Assembly (NCBI GenBank): GCA_030141605.1 | Contig: JAQGDQ010000055.1 | Location: forward strand, 62,001 to 126,000 | Direction: 5' to 3' | DNA length: 64,000 bases | Source of the DNA: Tubiluchus corallicola | Taxonomy: Eukaryota; Animalia; Priapulida | Part shown: one piece after another, positions 52,201 to 64,000 of the stretch | Position numbering within the stretch: the stretch's first letter is position 1 | Layout of the letters: every line of letters starts with the position of its first letter | Translations under genes and position numbers: made by a program | The notes under the pieces: generated by a model | Database searches by the model: none | The model's input: the letters and a program-made list of their open reading frames with translations, nothing else | What the model was told of the DNA's origin: nothing

Positions 52201-55200
52201 AGTTAAATAAAATCACAAAATTTGAAACTCTGGCAATTACTTATAAATAGTCGATAGTTACAATGTATTTTATTTTCATTTTACCTATAATCAAGTTTTT
52301 TTAACGAATCTTTTATGTAATATTATTTGGAATGTTCTTTATTTTTTATACTAATTATTTTATATTTTTCACTTCTATGTACTGTAAAGTGTGCAAAGAA
52401 AAACCTCATTTAAGGAAACTGCACATATAAAGTAAAAATAAACAAATAACGCCTTATGGCAAAGTTTCATAGAATCATAGTTTCATGGTTTTGTGAACTG
52501 ATTGAGATAGATTAACTGTCACAAATTCTCAGCAGAAAACAACGTATAAGCCATGTCTTACAAAACAAATGGTGGCTTTTTTAGAATAAAAGGAATTATT
52601 ACATTTGAGCAGCATCAGTAATACACAGGACCTGATCTGAAATCGAGAAAATCTTCCTTTTTCATTTACCGTTACCGTTACCGTCAAAGGATAGAGGTTA
52701 AGCATAACAGCTTATGCTCTCTCCACTCTTCCTTGTTTACTTTATTAAAAAATAGGTGGCACACTGCGATCGTGAAGTGTAGCAGAAGATTTTCTGTTAC
52801 CATTGTGGCAACCTGGTATCTATATATTTTTCTGGATTGCATTTCCAGTGTCTATCAAGACGAATCTTAAACTGGGCAGAATTGGTGGCTTGAACTACAA
52901 TGTCAGGCAGCATGTTCGATTCATTAATTACTCGCATTGCAAATGTATCCTTCATTCTACTCCACCTTTGGGGAACTGTTCTCTTCTTAATTTTGTAGGA
53001 TTGTCCTCTGATATATCTGTCGGTAGAAAAATATTTCGCTGTTGATGGTTTCTGTGCCTGTTGATGGTTTAAGATGAATTTTTTTTTGTGTCTGTTCATT
53101 CTCATGATTAACTAGTATAACTGGACGCTGTAGGTGAAACGAAATACATTAAATCTACTAATATAAATTAGTCTAAAGAGAGACAACAACAAGAGTTACA
53201 ACAACAACAACCTTTTATGCGTTTGTGCCTTATTGTGTTTAGAATATATGCTCGTGTGAGCAGTGTGCTTTAATCTAATATATAATACCTGATTCCACAT
53301 GAATTGCTAAATTTTAGTGTATAATTTGACTGTTATTTTCATTGTAACACTTTTAAAACTATAAAATTTGTGAAACTGTAAACAATTTTAGCCTTCTCTG
53401 GTATTTAAATTGTATTACTGTGCATAATTTTACTAAGGATGTATTGCAGTATGTTGTGTTTATTCTATAATTCTTAACTTCCCATTTTAATAATGGCATT
53501 TCTTATTTTTAATATTTAATATGCTTAATTTTAGCGTGAATGTATTATTTTTGTGTTTTGTTTATTCTTCAACACTTTTCCTAAATTTTCATTTTAGTAA
53601 TAGTATTTCTTGTTTTTAGTAATTAATATACTAATTTTACTACGAATGTATTGCAATGTGTTGTGTTTATTTTCTAGTTTTTTCTTAATTTTTTGTTTTT
53701 CATTTATAATAGTATTTTTATTTTTAGTAATTAGTAACCACACTTGGACTGTAATGGAAATAACATTATGTTGTCTCCATATCGAAGTAAAAAATAAATT
53801 TCGGCTCTACTCTAACTGTTCTGCATGAATTTGTGACTTGCTGGATTGATTTAAAAATGCACGAAAAAAGAATTTTTCAAAAATTGTAAACAGTTCAGGA
53901 ATGCAGAGATTCAGGAATTCAGCAGGCTAAGTCACGTTAAGAGGTATTTGCCTACAGTACCAGGGCCAGATTTACCAATAGGCATTGTAGGCCATTAGCC
54001 TAGTTACCACGGGCACCTGTAGGCCCACTGAAACTAATTGGTAACATGCCAGCGTATAACCTTGTTTCAAGTGTGCTCAAGATATTTCATTACGTATATA
54101 TTAAAAATCTTAAGGGTCCTTGTACAAGAAATATAGGGCCAGGAGTTTTGGGGCCTGGACAATAAATATAGGCCCACAGTGGCTTATACATATCGATACT
54201 GAAATTATAAGTATATTTTGGATACTGAAGCATGCCAACATTTCTATAATTTTGGGGGCCATGCGCCTGGGCTAGAGCCCACAAGTAAGTAAATGTACAG
54301 TACGTACTATAGGCCGTTGTCAAAGTTACTGCTTATGAGTTACCCTATAATGCTAGAAAAATACTCCAACATTGCATCTGTGCCCCTGAATCGGCAGTTC
54401 TCTCGGCTATCCGGTTGCTAGAGAAACACTGTGCAGCTGCCGTTGTTGCTTTTGCTGGGAGGGTGTGTGACTGTGTGTATTGCTTGGCAAATGGCACAAA
54501 GTTGTGTAGACTCTCAATAAAGTTTGTCCTCGATTCCCAAGCTTGAACACTAGCAGATATGTTGGTTCTAGTTTGCTTTAGTTTACAGTACAAAGCGTCT
54601 TCTGTTAATCACAGTTACTGATAATAATAAACAGCAATTCAAGCACGAGATGTTACAGACTAAAATGGGTGGACAAAATGACTGAACAGTAGTGGTGCCA
54701 GGCACCCTAGTTGAAAGGCAAGCCCGAAAATGTCAAATGATGCACATCTCATTTTATCTTGAGACAGTTTTGGGGTAGACAGTTTCAGTAGTTCACTGTT
54801 TTGCTTGATTGCGTCTCTTGCTTTTTTTATTTATCTGTTCATAACCGCACCCTGCGTTCATGTGTACTACAGTAAAACATTCTGACAAAAGGGTAGGGTT
54901 TTTTGTTCCAGCTTGGAACCAAATTAATTTCGTTAATCTAGTACCAGCCCTTTGTCCTTAACCAGTAATTCAACTTTGTTGGGAACGCTTGTAAACTAAT
55001 GCCGTTTCACGAAATATTAACTTGCACTAGTGACGGTTGAAAGTTTGGTAGCTTCGTATAAGATAAAAAAATGTTGTTTGAATTTATCTAAAATGTTATG
55101 CCACTTAAATTTAAATTGTAGCCTACTTTAATTTTGTAGATGATAATTTCATTTTCATGTGTGGTTGATAAATTTCAGGAGTTTCATGTTGCTTACGTTT

Positions 55201-58200
55201 ACATCCGAATGGCTAATTCGCCTCGACCGGGTGTTTGGGCTCTGGAAAGATCAGTTGACTTGGGTAAGTGCCTAGCTATTCAGCGAATTATCAGTTCTGT
55301 CTGTCTGCCTCTCTGTCGTTTGCCCCTTTTTCGCGGCTCTGGAGTAATCTAGGAAGTTGAAACCTTGCATATTGGTTGAGCATGATGCAAACTTGGACCT
55401 GTAAACTTTTGGGCCAGTCGGCGCAGATTTGATTTTTTTACATTTTTTAAATCCTCCAATAACAATTATACAGTAATATGCTTAGGGCTGTAATTCGCTT
55501 ATGCGCACCCTTGATTCGCTGAGCTGCAAACGATCGATAAACACCAGCCGCAGCTAATCAGATAACAACAGACAACACATTGTTAACATATGTTTGTTTA
55601 ATTTACGATAGTAGCTTGTGATTTTTCACAGTCTTTGAGCATGTCTGTACCAACTGGAATGAAATTCCGTATGCAAAAAATGCGGAAGTTTTTACTCACG
55701 CGCATTGTAGCTTTGTCTGTAGCTACTCGAATGAAATCCAGTATGTGGAAAATAGAATTTTTTAAAGTTTTTACCCACGTGCATTGAAGCTCTGACACAG
55801 TTAAAGTTTTTTCCTTGCTGTTTTGTCTGTATTGAAATCTATCCTTAACTGGCTGGATGCCCTATATGACAGTAGTTGTTGCTTCCTCACAGAAATTTAA
55901 TATTATTGTAATTGCCATGCAGCAAATACATCTTTGCGGTAGTCTCAAAGTATGTCAGACCCCGTCGTGGCAATTGTACCCTTCCACTGATGGTTCTCTA
56001 GTTACAATTCAACCAAACTTTTTATATCGTTAAAGGAAGACCAGATGATTTTTCGCATACTACCCCATTTTCAAGTCCGATAAAAAGTATACATTTTAAC
56101 ACAATTAATACTGCAAAAGTGTTTCTGATGATTAAATAATAGATTCAAAACTTAATTAAGGGCAGGCGAGCCCGACTCTTGATGACATCACAAACTAACA
56201 TAAATTTCAACAGCAAAAAATTTCCATGAGTGTGTTGCATATGTTTGCCAAAGCGAAAGTCGAAGTACAGTGCTACTGTAAGAAATTCAGTGTGTTGTAC
56301 CAAAACTAGGAAAGTTTAAGATAAAAATTGAAATTTCAAATTTACCGCTGTGCTCATGCATGAGCTGTCGAACGTGTGTAGTTCGTCGCAAACTAACACA
56401 TCTGACCCGAGAAGAGCAGCACCTGTTTTTTGTGCAATGCGTTTCCGAAATGCAGGCACTAGTGCTCGTCTAACTAGAGAATGGCGAAATGCATGTAACA
56501 ACGAAGAACTAGTGGCGCAAATGTGAAATTGTGTTTGTGTGGTAACAATTTTTTCACCTAAGCCATTTTTGAAAAAATAGTGTTTCCTTTCAACATTTTA
56601 AATTGTTTTGACCTACAGTTTAAGATTGGGTCCAGTTTTGCTTTAAGATATGCGGCAAATTAAATGCAGTGTATTAGTATCTTGAAGTTATTTTATAGAA
56701 TAACACAATGTTGGATAGCATTTAATAATGATTTAATACCAATAGCTAATGCAATTAAGCTTAATTTCTGTTGTCCTTGTATGATTGTAATTCCTTGCAG
56801 GTGAGACGTATTTACCGTGGCAGTACTTTGCTGACACAAATTCCGACTGTCAACAGTTTTTCAGCATGCCGGCGTATGAGCCAATTGTTGAAGACGATGA
56901 TGTCATTTGTGTCACCGAATATTCAAAAGTCATTCCCCTGGAGGGTGGAGAGGTCAATTTTATTGTTAAAACATTAAACGTTACAACTTTCATTAAAAGC
57001 TTTAATTTACAACTGTTTAAAAACCTTGTCCAAACGTTTACAAGTTGTTAAGCAACTCTGTCTCCATGTTCAGTTCTGCATTGTGTTAAAATCTGCAACT
57101 GTTTAGGCTCTTTATTCCCATTTAAAGACAAAACACCCGCATTCTTACAGTCTGGTATTATGTATAGATTCTGGAACTAGCAAGAAATTAAAAAAATTCT
57201 CTTCAGTCCAGGATTAATGACCATATTTTTGTGTCTCTGGCCACAAAGCAGATTTAAATAATTTCAGCATTGTGACCAGAGCTACAAATAACGGGACTTA
57301 TTAATAAAAGAAAGTTTATCTATGTACCCTAATAAGTCTTCTCTTAATGTGCAAAGTAGTTCAATTCCATTAACTTTATTTTCAATCATTTAGCTATTTT
57401 TTATTATATCTGGTCTTTTTCTACAGGTCTGGTTATTCATTATTTTGACTTCTTTGTAAATACATAATTAGTGCATAATTTTCTATACTGTAGGCTCTGC
57501 CTATATAAACTGATTGTTGTTTGTGTAGTGTACCACTGATGATGAAAGCTGATTACTGTTGAAATGTTTGGACATGTTTTTTTAAACAGTTGTAAATGAA
57601 AGCCTATTCTATTCACTTATTTTAAATGAACTGTTTTGATTTCATGAAAATAAATTAAATTAATTGTGTGCATTTTTATCGTTGTTATAATGGAGATTCG
57701 AGATATGTGATTAACTATAAAAGCTTAGTTGCTGACTTATGGACAATTTTGCTATGCAAACACACATATAATTATTTGCTGTCATACAGAAAGCATCAAT
57801 TTGCAGTACATCATTTAGTTAACAAAACATTCTGTCTTTGTTAATGCAAGATGATTTATACATTTTTCTTTATTTGTGTAACAGATTCCAGTTCGACTCT
57901 TGGTCGATCGTCCGAATGCCAGGAACTTTTCCCATTCACCAGCCCTGCAGAGATTTACTGAAGCTACTAACATCAGATTGAGGTTACTGAGGACAAAGAC
58001 GCTTCAAGGGCATCTAATGTCAGTTGCTAGGCAAGATCCTACCGTGACACGTAGGGTGAGTTCTGTGTACTAGATGTGAATCATTTAAGTTGAGGTTTTC
58101 AGTAAAGTTGCTGTGTTTTATATAATTGAATGCTATAATATAGTTATCCGTTTCTTAAATACAATATAATTACTACACTGATTTTATATTTTTTTGTATC

Positions 58201-61200
58201 TTAAATATTTATCTCATTTAACAGACTTACAAGATACAGATTTGGCACATGAAAATGAATGGATTTGTTAATATCTCGCATAACTAATTTACGAGCTTGC
58301 GTAACTAATTCACGAGAGGCAAATTGATAATTTATAATTTTTCCTTTAGTATTTCTACAGTATTAAGGACATTTCCGTTGGTGGCCGTTGTGTGTGCAAT
58401 GGCCACGCTGATGTCTGCGACAAGACCGACCCTGAGAATCCATTAAAACTGCTGTGTAGATGTCAGCACAATACATGTGGCGCTCAATGTGAGTACTGTT
58501 GTCCTGGATTTGTCCAGAAGGTCTGGAGGAGGGCTACAGAAGAAAGTTCCAATGAATGTGAACGTATGTATACTACAGCATCATAAATTTGTTCCATTAA
58601 AAATAAAAAGTTTGATTAGGATATACAGTAAGTCCTCTTTTAATGAATTCCTGTTTAATGACGTTTCCTTTTAACAAGGCTGAACATTTGACTGCTTTTT
58701 TTACTTAACTTCCTCTTTCTTTTTACTTGCCAAGGTCACCCCAAGCTTTGACCGTGCTGCCTTGTTTATTGTTTAACTGTTGCTTAGATTTCAACAGTTA
58801 AATGTCAACGAAAGAGAAACCGCTAGCTAGATAAGTAAGATACATAGGTGGTTTCAAGCAAACAGAAAGAAATTAATCAGTAATAACATGAGTAAAACTC
58901 CCAAAACTTTTAATTTATATGATTTACGCCTCATTGACTTTTGCCTCTGGAAAGTATTCCAATTCTTTTACATAACATTTCCATGGAAGTCTTTGCTACG
59001 TTTAACAACGTTTCACTTAACGTCACATTTTGCTGGAACGCATTAGCGTCGTTAAGTGAGGACTCACTGTAGTTCAAGACTAATGTGTGAAGTAACTTAA
59101 TACTTATTACAAAGTGATTCCTATTATTACCCATGTATTATTTTGGTAAATGAGCAGGAGCGTTTTTTAAGCTTTTAATATACGACTTAAGCTTTTAATA
59201 TACGACAGGAATTGAACCTCGCAAACAATGGCGGCTCACGTATAGGTACTGTGGAACTGCAGCACCCCATATTTTTTCACTTTATATTATCGATAATATT
59301 CAATATAATAAGTCTTTTTCTTTAGTTCTTTTTTTATACTTGTACCCGAACCAGAGTACGTGAGGGTGTGTTTAGCTGTTGTGCGCATGCGGCCATGTGC
59401 ACATGATAACACGCTGTACACTGGACTGCTAGCATCTGCTGCTAGGTAGAGAAAGTACTGCCGCTCACACAGTTTATTGTCACTTGCTTAAAAACTGTTT
59501 ACCGGCATATTCTTGAACTACGGCAATTTAGGCTATTTTGAGAGCAAAAATTTTTTGATGAGGATTGTTTTACTAGTTTATGTATAAGTTTTCGTATGTT
59601 TGTTTGTTTCATTTTACACAGTATTAAAACAATGGCTAATAATTTTCTGAAGCAGCATCCTCACTAAATTTAACTACAAGCCGCCACTGCTCCCAAATGC
59701 AAAGTAAGTATGCTACTACTGCAAGCGAGCTAAACATCTGGTGTAAAATTGAACTCTAGGTTAAATTAGAATTTATTTGCCAACAAAACATCTTGTTTAA
59801 TATGTTGCTGTGAGTTTATGCTTTTGTAATTTTCTAGCATGTAACTGTCATGGTCATTCAAACGAGTGTATCTATGATCCTGAGATGGAAGGCAAGAGTT
59901 TGGATATTCATGGAAATTATGAAGGGGGTGGTGTGTGCCAAAACTGCCAGGTAACTACTTATCTGTATATTATTAGAAATTTCTTGGTCAAAATTAATTA
60001 CTTACTATCACTGTAAGCAATGACTAATCATTATTATTCTTCATTTAACAAAAGTACCAGTCCTATCGCAACCATCTGTATTACTTGCAGAACGCTAAAG
60101 AATCTTCAGAGTTACAAACAATTTTAGTACAAACCTTTAAAGGACAATAATAGGGGAGCCTGAGTAGGTTTCAGAAAAATCGCCTTAAAAATTATATTAC
60201 TTTACAGCTATTTTATGCATATATCGTACTTGCGTTAAAAGGAATTTTTGTTTGTTTTCATTTTAAATCTCCCCCAATGCTGTTCCAACCGTGCCATTAC
60301 ATGAAATCATATATGCAATCGTAAATCAGGGGAACGAAAGCCAATGTTAAATTATGTTCCAAGAAACTTATTACGCAAATCTATATTACTAACATTTTGT
60401 TTACATGTTGGAAAGAGTAACGTAATTAAAAATAATAATTTAAAAAGTTTGTGCCAATTGGTAAAATGTCACTAGCTCACCCCCCAGGGTGCACTATTCA
60501 CTAACCAAAAACATATTTTTAATTTTATTGACAAGATACAGTAATTAACATTTTGCTTAGTTAGTAACATGTGTGCTTCGAATGCTCTCATTATTTTTTC
60601 AAACTTCACGCAATGTTATCTAAACTTGTTTTAAGCGACCTGCCATCAAAATGAATGGGTCTAATGGTCATTGCTGGAGTTTAAATTTACAAGTTTTGCA
60701 CTGCGTTACTGCCCACGTAAGCTCTGCATGCAGAAAAACAGTATGTAAGTGGCATAAAATTTCAAGACGAATTTTTTAACCTTTATGTAATTGGATGATT
60801 TTCTTGTGCTCCAAAGCAAGGTAGTAGTCAAAAGAGTGAACTGATTTTTTATTCCCCTTCGGTACTCTTTTGAGGACAATTGTGTATAGACTTTGTTACA
60901 GAACTGGAATTTGGATGCTGTAACGAGTATTGCTTACTATGATGTTAGTGCTGGCTCTTGGATCTTGCAAGTTATTTCTAAATTATTAGTACAAAACTAT
61001 ATGCAATGCAATGCATGTGAAATTCATGTATATTCTATTGTTTGTATCTTAAATATATTTTAAACATTTAATTTTAGTACAACACTGCTGGCATCAACTG
61101 TGAAACATGTGCAGATGGATATTATCGTCCATATGGAGTTTTACCAAATGATACCTACGCCTGCAGACGTAAGCTGGTTATTTACATTTGTCTAATTAAG

Positions 61201-63214
61201 AATCGTTGTGTAAAAATTTGTGTAGTAGTAATTCCCTGACCACTTTCTTTGCGGGTGATGCTAGTTTGTGTATCTGTTCTATACTAGGGTTTAGTTTTCA
61301 ATTTGTCAAAAACTTGTATAGCTACCCTCAGCATTAATATTTCAAATTCGAGTAACGTTGAAAGATACCAGTAGACATGAGTATAATATTGATAATGATA
61401 AAATAAATACTGTACATTTTTGCTATACCTTTTAGATACTGATGAAAATAACAACTAACTTTTTAAATAAATAGAACTGAACGATAATGTTGACTATATA
61501 ACTACTATGTAACACCAAATAAATGATAAGTAAATAAATATAGTGCATTATTTATTGTAAAATTATATTTGCTTGTGAATTGTTCTATTGTAAGATTATT
61601 CAATGACAGGGCCTTACTTAATCTGCTTTGTTGCTCTGGGTTTTAACTTCATGTGTTTATATGAAAAGTTCTTTAAGATTAGACACATAACAAGAAACAG
61701 CTGCGGCACTTTAGTAGATGAAGCCACCTGCACCAGTTTTACTGGCTGGCATCCATACATTTGCTAACCAGGCTAGGCTTTACTTTACTGCAGTCACTAT
61801 GCACATTCCACAACAACTGAGCTATTTGCTTTTTAACATTTCTGTTAGATGCTTTACTATGCATAAAATACAATGTAATTATACCTTTATAAGCTTAGCT
61901 GTTGTTATGATATACTTAAGTTTTATCTCTGTTTATTTTAGCTTGTGATTGTGATCTGAGATTCTCTACTGGATCCTGTGCCCCCGAGACAGGGCAGTGC
62001 GAATGCCGGGAAAACTTTGTTGGTGAGAACTGTGATTCCTGCAATGCTGGATATTATGGTTATCCGGACTGCTGGCCCTGTGACTGCAACTCTTACGGGA
62101 CTCTTGGAGACGTGTGCCATGCTGGCGGCGGTAACTGCCCTTGCAAATACAACTTCGACGGGCCTCAGTGTGACCAATGCGCGGCGGGTTTCTATCAATT
62201 TCCAGATTGTCTGCGTAAGTCCGTAATTTATTTGTTGTGAGACAAAGCTCAGCTATTGACAACTACTAGAGAACAGTATTGATGTGTACTTTACATACAC
62301 ACAGTTTTAGGTAGTTCTATTGTTTTGTAACTATCGATTGTAACTGTAGTAATGTAAACACAACTCAAATATCTAAATGAAAAGTGGATAGAACGATAGT
62401 ATATATCATTTTTATTCACATATCGAAATGCAATACATCGACAAGTTAGTATAATAGTAGCAATATAAATAACTAAAAAATTAAAAGTGTTAGTAACATA
62501 GTTTCAAATTCATCATACACAAATCCAGTTATTAATATCTTGCTGTTCAACATCCAATAAAGTTCATATGCTATCCAATCATTAAAACTATAATTATCAT
62601 TGTAATAATGTACAAAAATGTTATTTTTTTCCAACGTTGTTAAGCTACTGTGAGTATTTTAGATTGACAATGTACTCAAGTGTTCATTATTGGAGTTTAT
62701 GCTCACGAATAGAATTTTTACAAAAACTTAATACTTTTTTGTTAATCATAATTGGTTGCATTACCTGTGCTGATATGGCATAGAACAGTACTACTTAAAC
62801 AGTAGCTGACAGCCTTAATATTACTTCTTACACCAGCCTGTTATCTTAACCTGCTTAGCATGTTGCAAAATTATAACCTGGTTGGCCCTGGTTAGGGTCA
62901 GCCTTGCAATGTTTCATCAAACTCTTTTATAGCTAATGTTTCTGGGACATTTTCTAAGTGATTCATCAATGTCAACAGTTTGTTGAAGTGCACTGATTTT
63001 CTATTTTTCATGAGTTTGTAAGAAAAACAGTCAGCTGGGTTTATGGTGAAAAACGCTAAGAACTTTTTTATTTTAGCCTGCAACTGTTCCCAATATGGTG
63101 CTATAAATCAGGTATGCGACCTCGAAACTGGACAGTGTCCTTGCGATAACCGCTACACGGAGAGAGCTTGTGATGCGTGTCGACCAGGCACCTGGAATTA
63201 TCCTAATTGTGATT
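49287..63214 (+). CDS. LanA: Laminin subunit alpha (alpha-3/5, LanA type), 5' part: signal peptide, LN domain and first LE repeats; continues beyond the window
   Basis: Exons 49287-49514, 50724-50876, 55179-55263, 56801-56952, 57885-58055, 58350-58563, 59838-59950, 61078-61168, 61942-62214, 63077-63214, all in phase. [65 protein letters not shown] and [28 protein letters not shown] match Drosophila LanA / vertebrate LAMA5. Confidence 0.95.
51870..52445 (+). mobile_element. L2/Crack-type LINE 3' remnant, laminin intron 2
   Basis: [36 protein letters not shown] resembles the LQ..QN.AAR...RKYDHI...L.WL motif. Confidence 0.6.
52665..53110 (-). mobile_element. CR1-clade LINE 3' end with (GGTAAC)n tail
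   Basis: [42 protein letters not shown]; TTACCG repeats at about 52666-52684. Confidence 0.8.
55270..56001 (+). mobile_element. Possible non-autonomous Helitron-like element
   Basis: (CTGT)n near the 5' part; 3' imperfect hairpin (CCGTCGTGG..CCACTGATGG) followed by CTAG|T at 55998-56002. The 5' boundary is a guess. Confidence 0.35.
56030..56646 (+). mobile_element. TTAA-flanked MITE family A, copy 4
   Basis: TTAA|AGGAAGACCAGA ... TCCAGTTTTGCT|TTAA. Confidence 0.8.
57040..57620 (+). mobile_element. Penelope-like retroelement 3' remnant (GIY-YIG tail) with decayed hammerhead, laminin intron 4
   Basis: [23 protein letters not shown] and [28 protein letters not shown], followed by CTGATGA..GAAA at 57536-57564. 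Confidence 0.7.
58626..59069. mobile_element. pogo/Tigger-like MITE, copy 2 (opposite orientation), laminin intron 6
   Basis: TA|CAGTAAGTCCTC ... GAGGACTCACTG|TA; AAAGAGAAACCGCTAGCTAG matches the reverse complement of about 35750-35770. Confidence 0.8.
59226..59689. mobile_element. hAT-type MITE, laminin intron 6
   Basis: TIR CAATGGCGGCT / AGCCGCCACTG; 8-bp flanks CTCGCAAA / CTCCCAAA (7/8). Confidence 0.75.
60137..60814 (+). mobile_element. TTAA-flanked MITE family B, copy 2
   Basis: TTAA|AGGACAATAATA ... TTTTCTTGTGCT|CCAA; colinear with 44176-44799. Confidence 0.75.
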
Positions 63215-64000
63215 GTAAGTAATATAGCTGTCAGTTTTTCTTATAATTTTTTATACAGATTATTTCTGGGCTGCATACTGTTATGTTTTTGCTGTACGCG
63301 ATAATTAAGATAGAGTGTGTGGTGGCTGACTAGGTGGCTGACCCTGATAAGTTTTCAGTTCTTTCACCACCTACTCACCAACCAGCATTATATTTTATCA
63401 TTACACTCACATCTCGGTTAACCGAACCTCACTCTTACAGATATGGGAAAAATTTGACAAAATCTGTAGACCGTTACTATGGACACAGTCCGTTGTTTCG
63501 CGAACTAACTGCTAGTTACTTATTTACATCATTACATCAGTGTTACCACATGTGTATGTCTATGTACAAAAATATATAATCAACTATGTGGAATTATTTG
63601 AGTCAATTGCTGACAGTTTTTATATACTTTTGCATAGGAGCGGCCCGTACTAGACATTTTTGGCACAATTAGGCCATTGATTCTACATTACCGTGAGTCT
63701 AATACATGGCGCCTACTCTGTTAGCTTAGTATCAGTAAATATGGATGATCGTCAAATTTGAACCGACGTCTTCCCGCTTTTGACCGGCAAACCGAGCTAT
63801 GATTGTATATTTTTCTATATAAATCATCACTGACCCTCGTATTTAATTATCTTATTGTTACATGCTCTGTATTTTGTAAAAGGTGATAAATAACTTACTA
63901 TGTTACTTACTGCATGAGTAAGGCTAGTTTTGCGTTTTTCTATGCAGTTATGGATTTTTAGCTGTAATACTTAGCTTTGTTAAATAAACTATTAACAAGA

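Noticed and set aside
61938-62262. Three overlapping ORFs at laminin exon 9
   Set aside because: Off-frame and antisense shadows of a GC-rich Cys/Gly exon; the real frame is the spliced LE-repeat frame.

Overview
AT-rich, intron-rich animal (invertebrate) genomic DNA, not prokaryotic. Three + strand genes were reconstructed by hand from GT-AG junctions: (1) a complete 21-exon Na+/K+-ATPase alpha subunit (220-25816, 1044 aa); (2) a 4-exon GATAD1 orthologue (29135-35486, about 282 aa) with a shortened zinc finger; (3) the first 10 exons of a laminin alpha-3/5 (LanA-type) gene (from 49287, running off the window end). Introns and intergenic DNA are full of decayed mobile elements: a Buster-type hAT, nested hAT MITEs, two TTAA-flanked MITE families, pogo/Tigger-like MITEs, a BEL/Pao retrotransposon, RTE/L2/CR1 LINE 3' ends, and a Penelope-like remnant with a decayed hammerhead. 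I found no clearly new multi-gene system. The best leads are a GC-rich UNCG hairpin plus 16 open codons right after the pump's stop codon, an RTE tail supplying out-of-frame ATGs just upstream of GATAD1, the altered GATAD1 finger, a divergent M7-M8 loop in the pump, and CTCF-like motifs between the genes. All family assignments are from recalled sequence similarity, not database searches.
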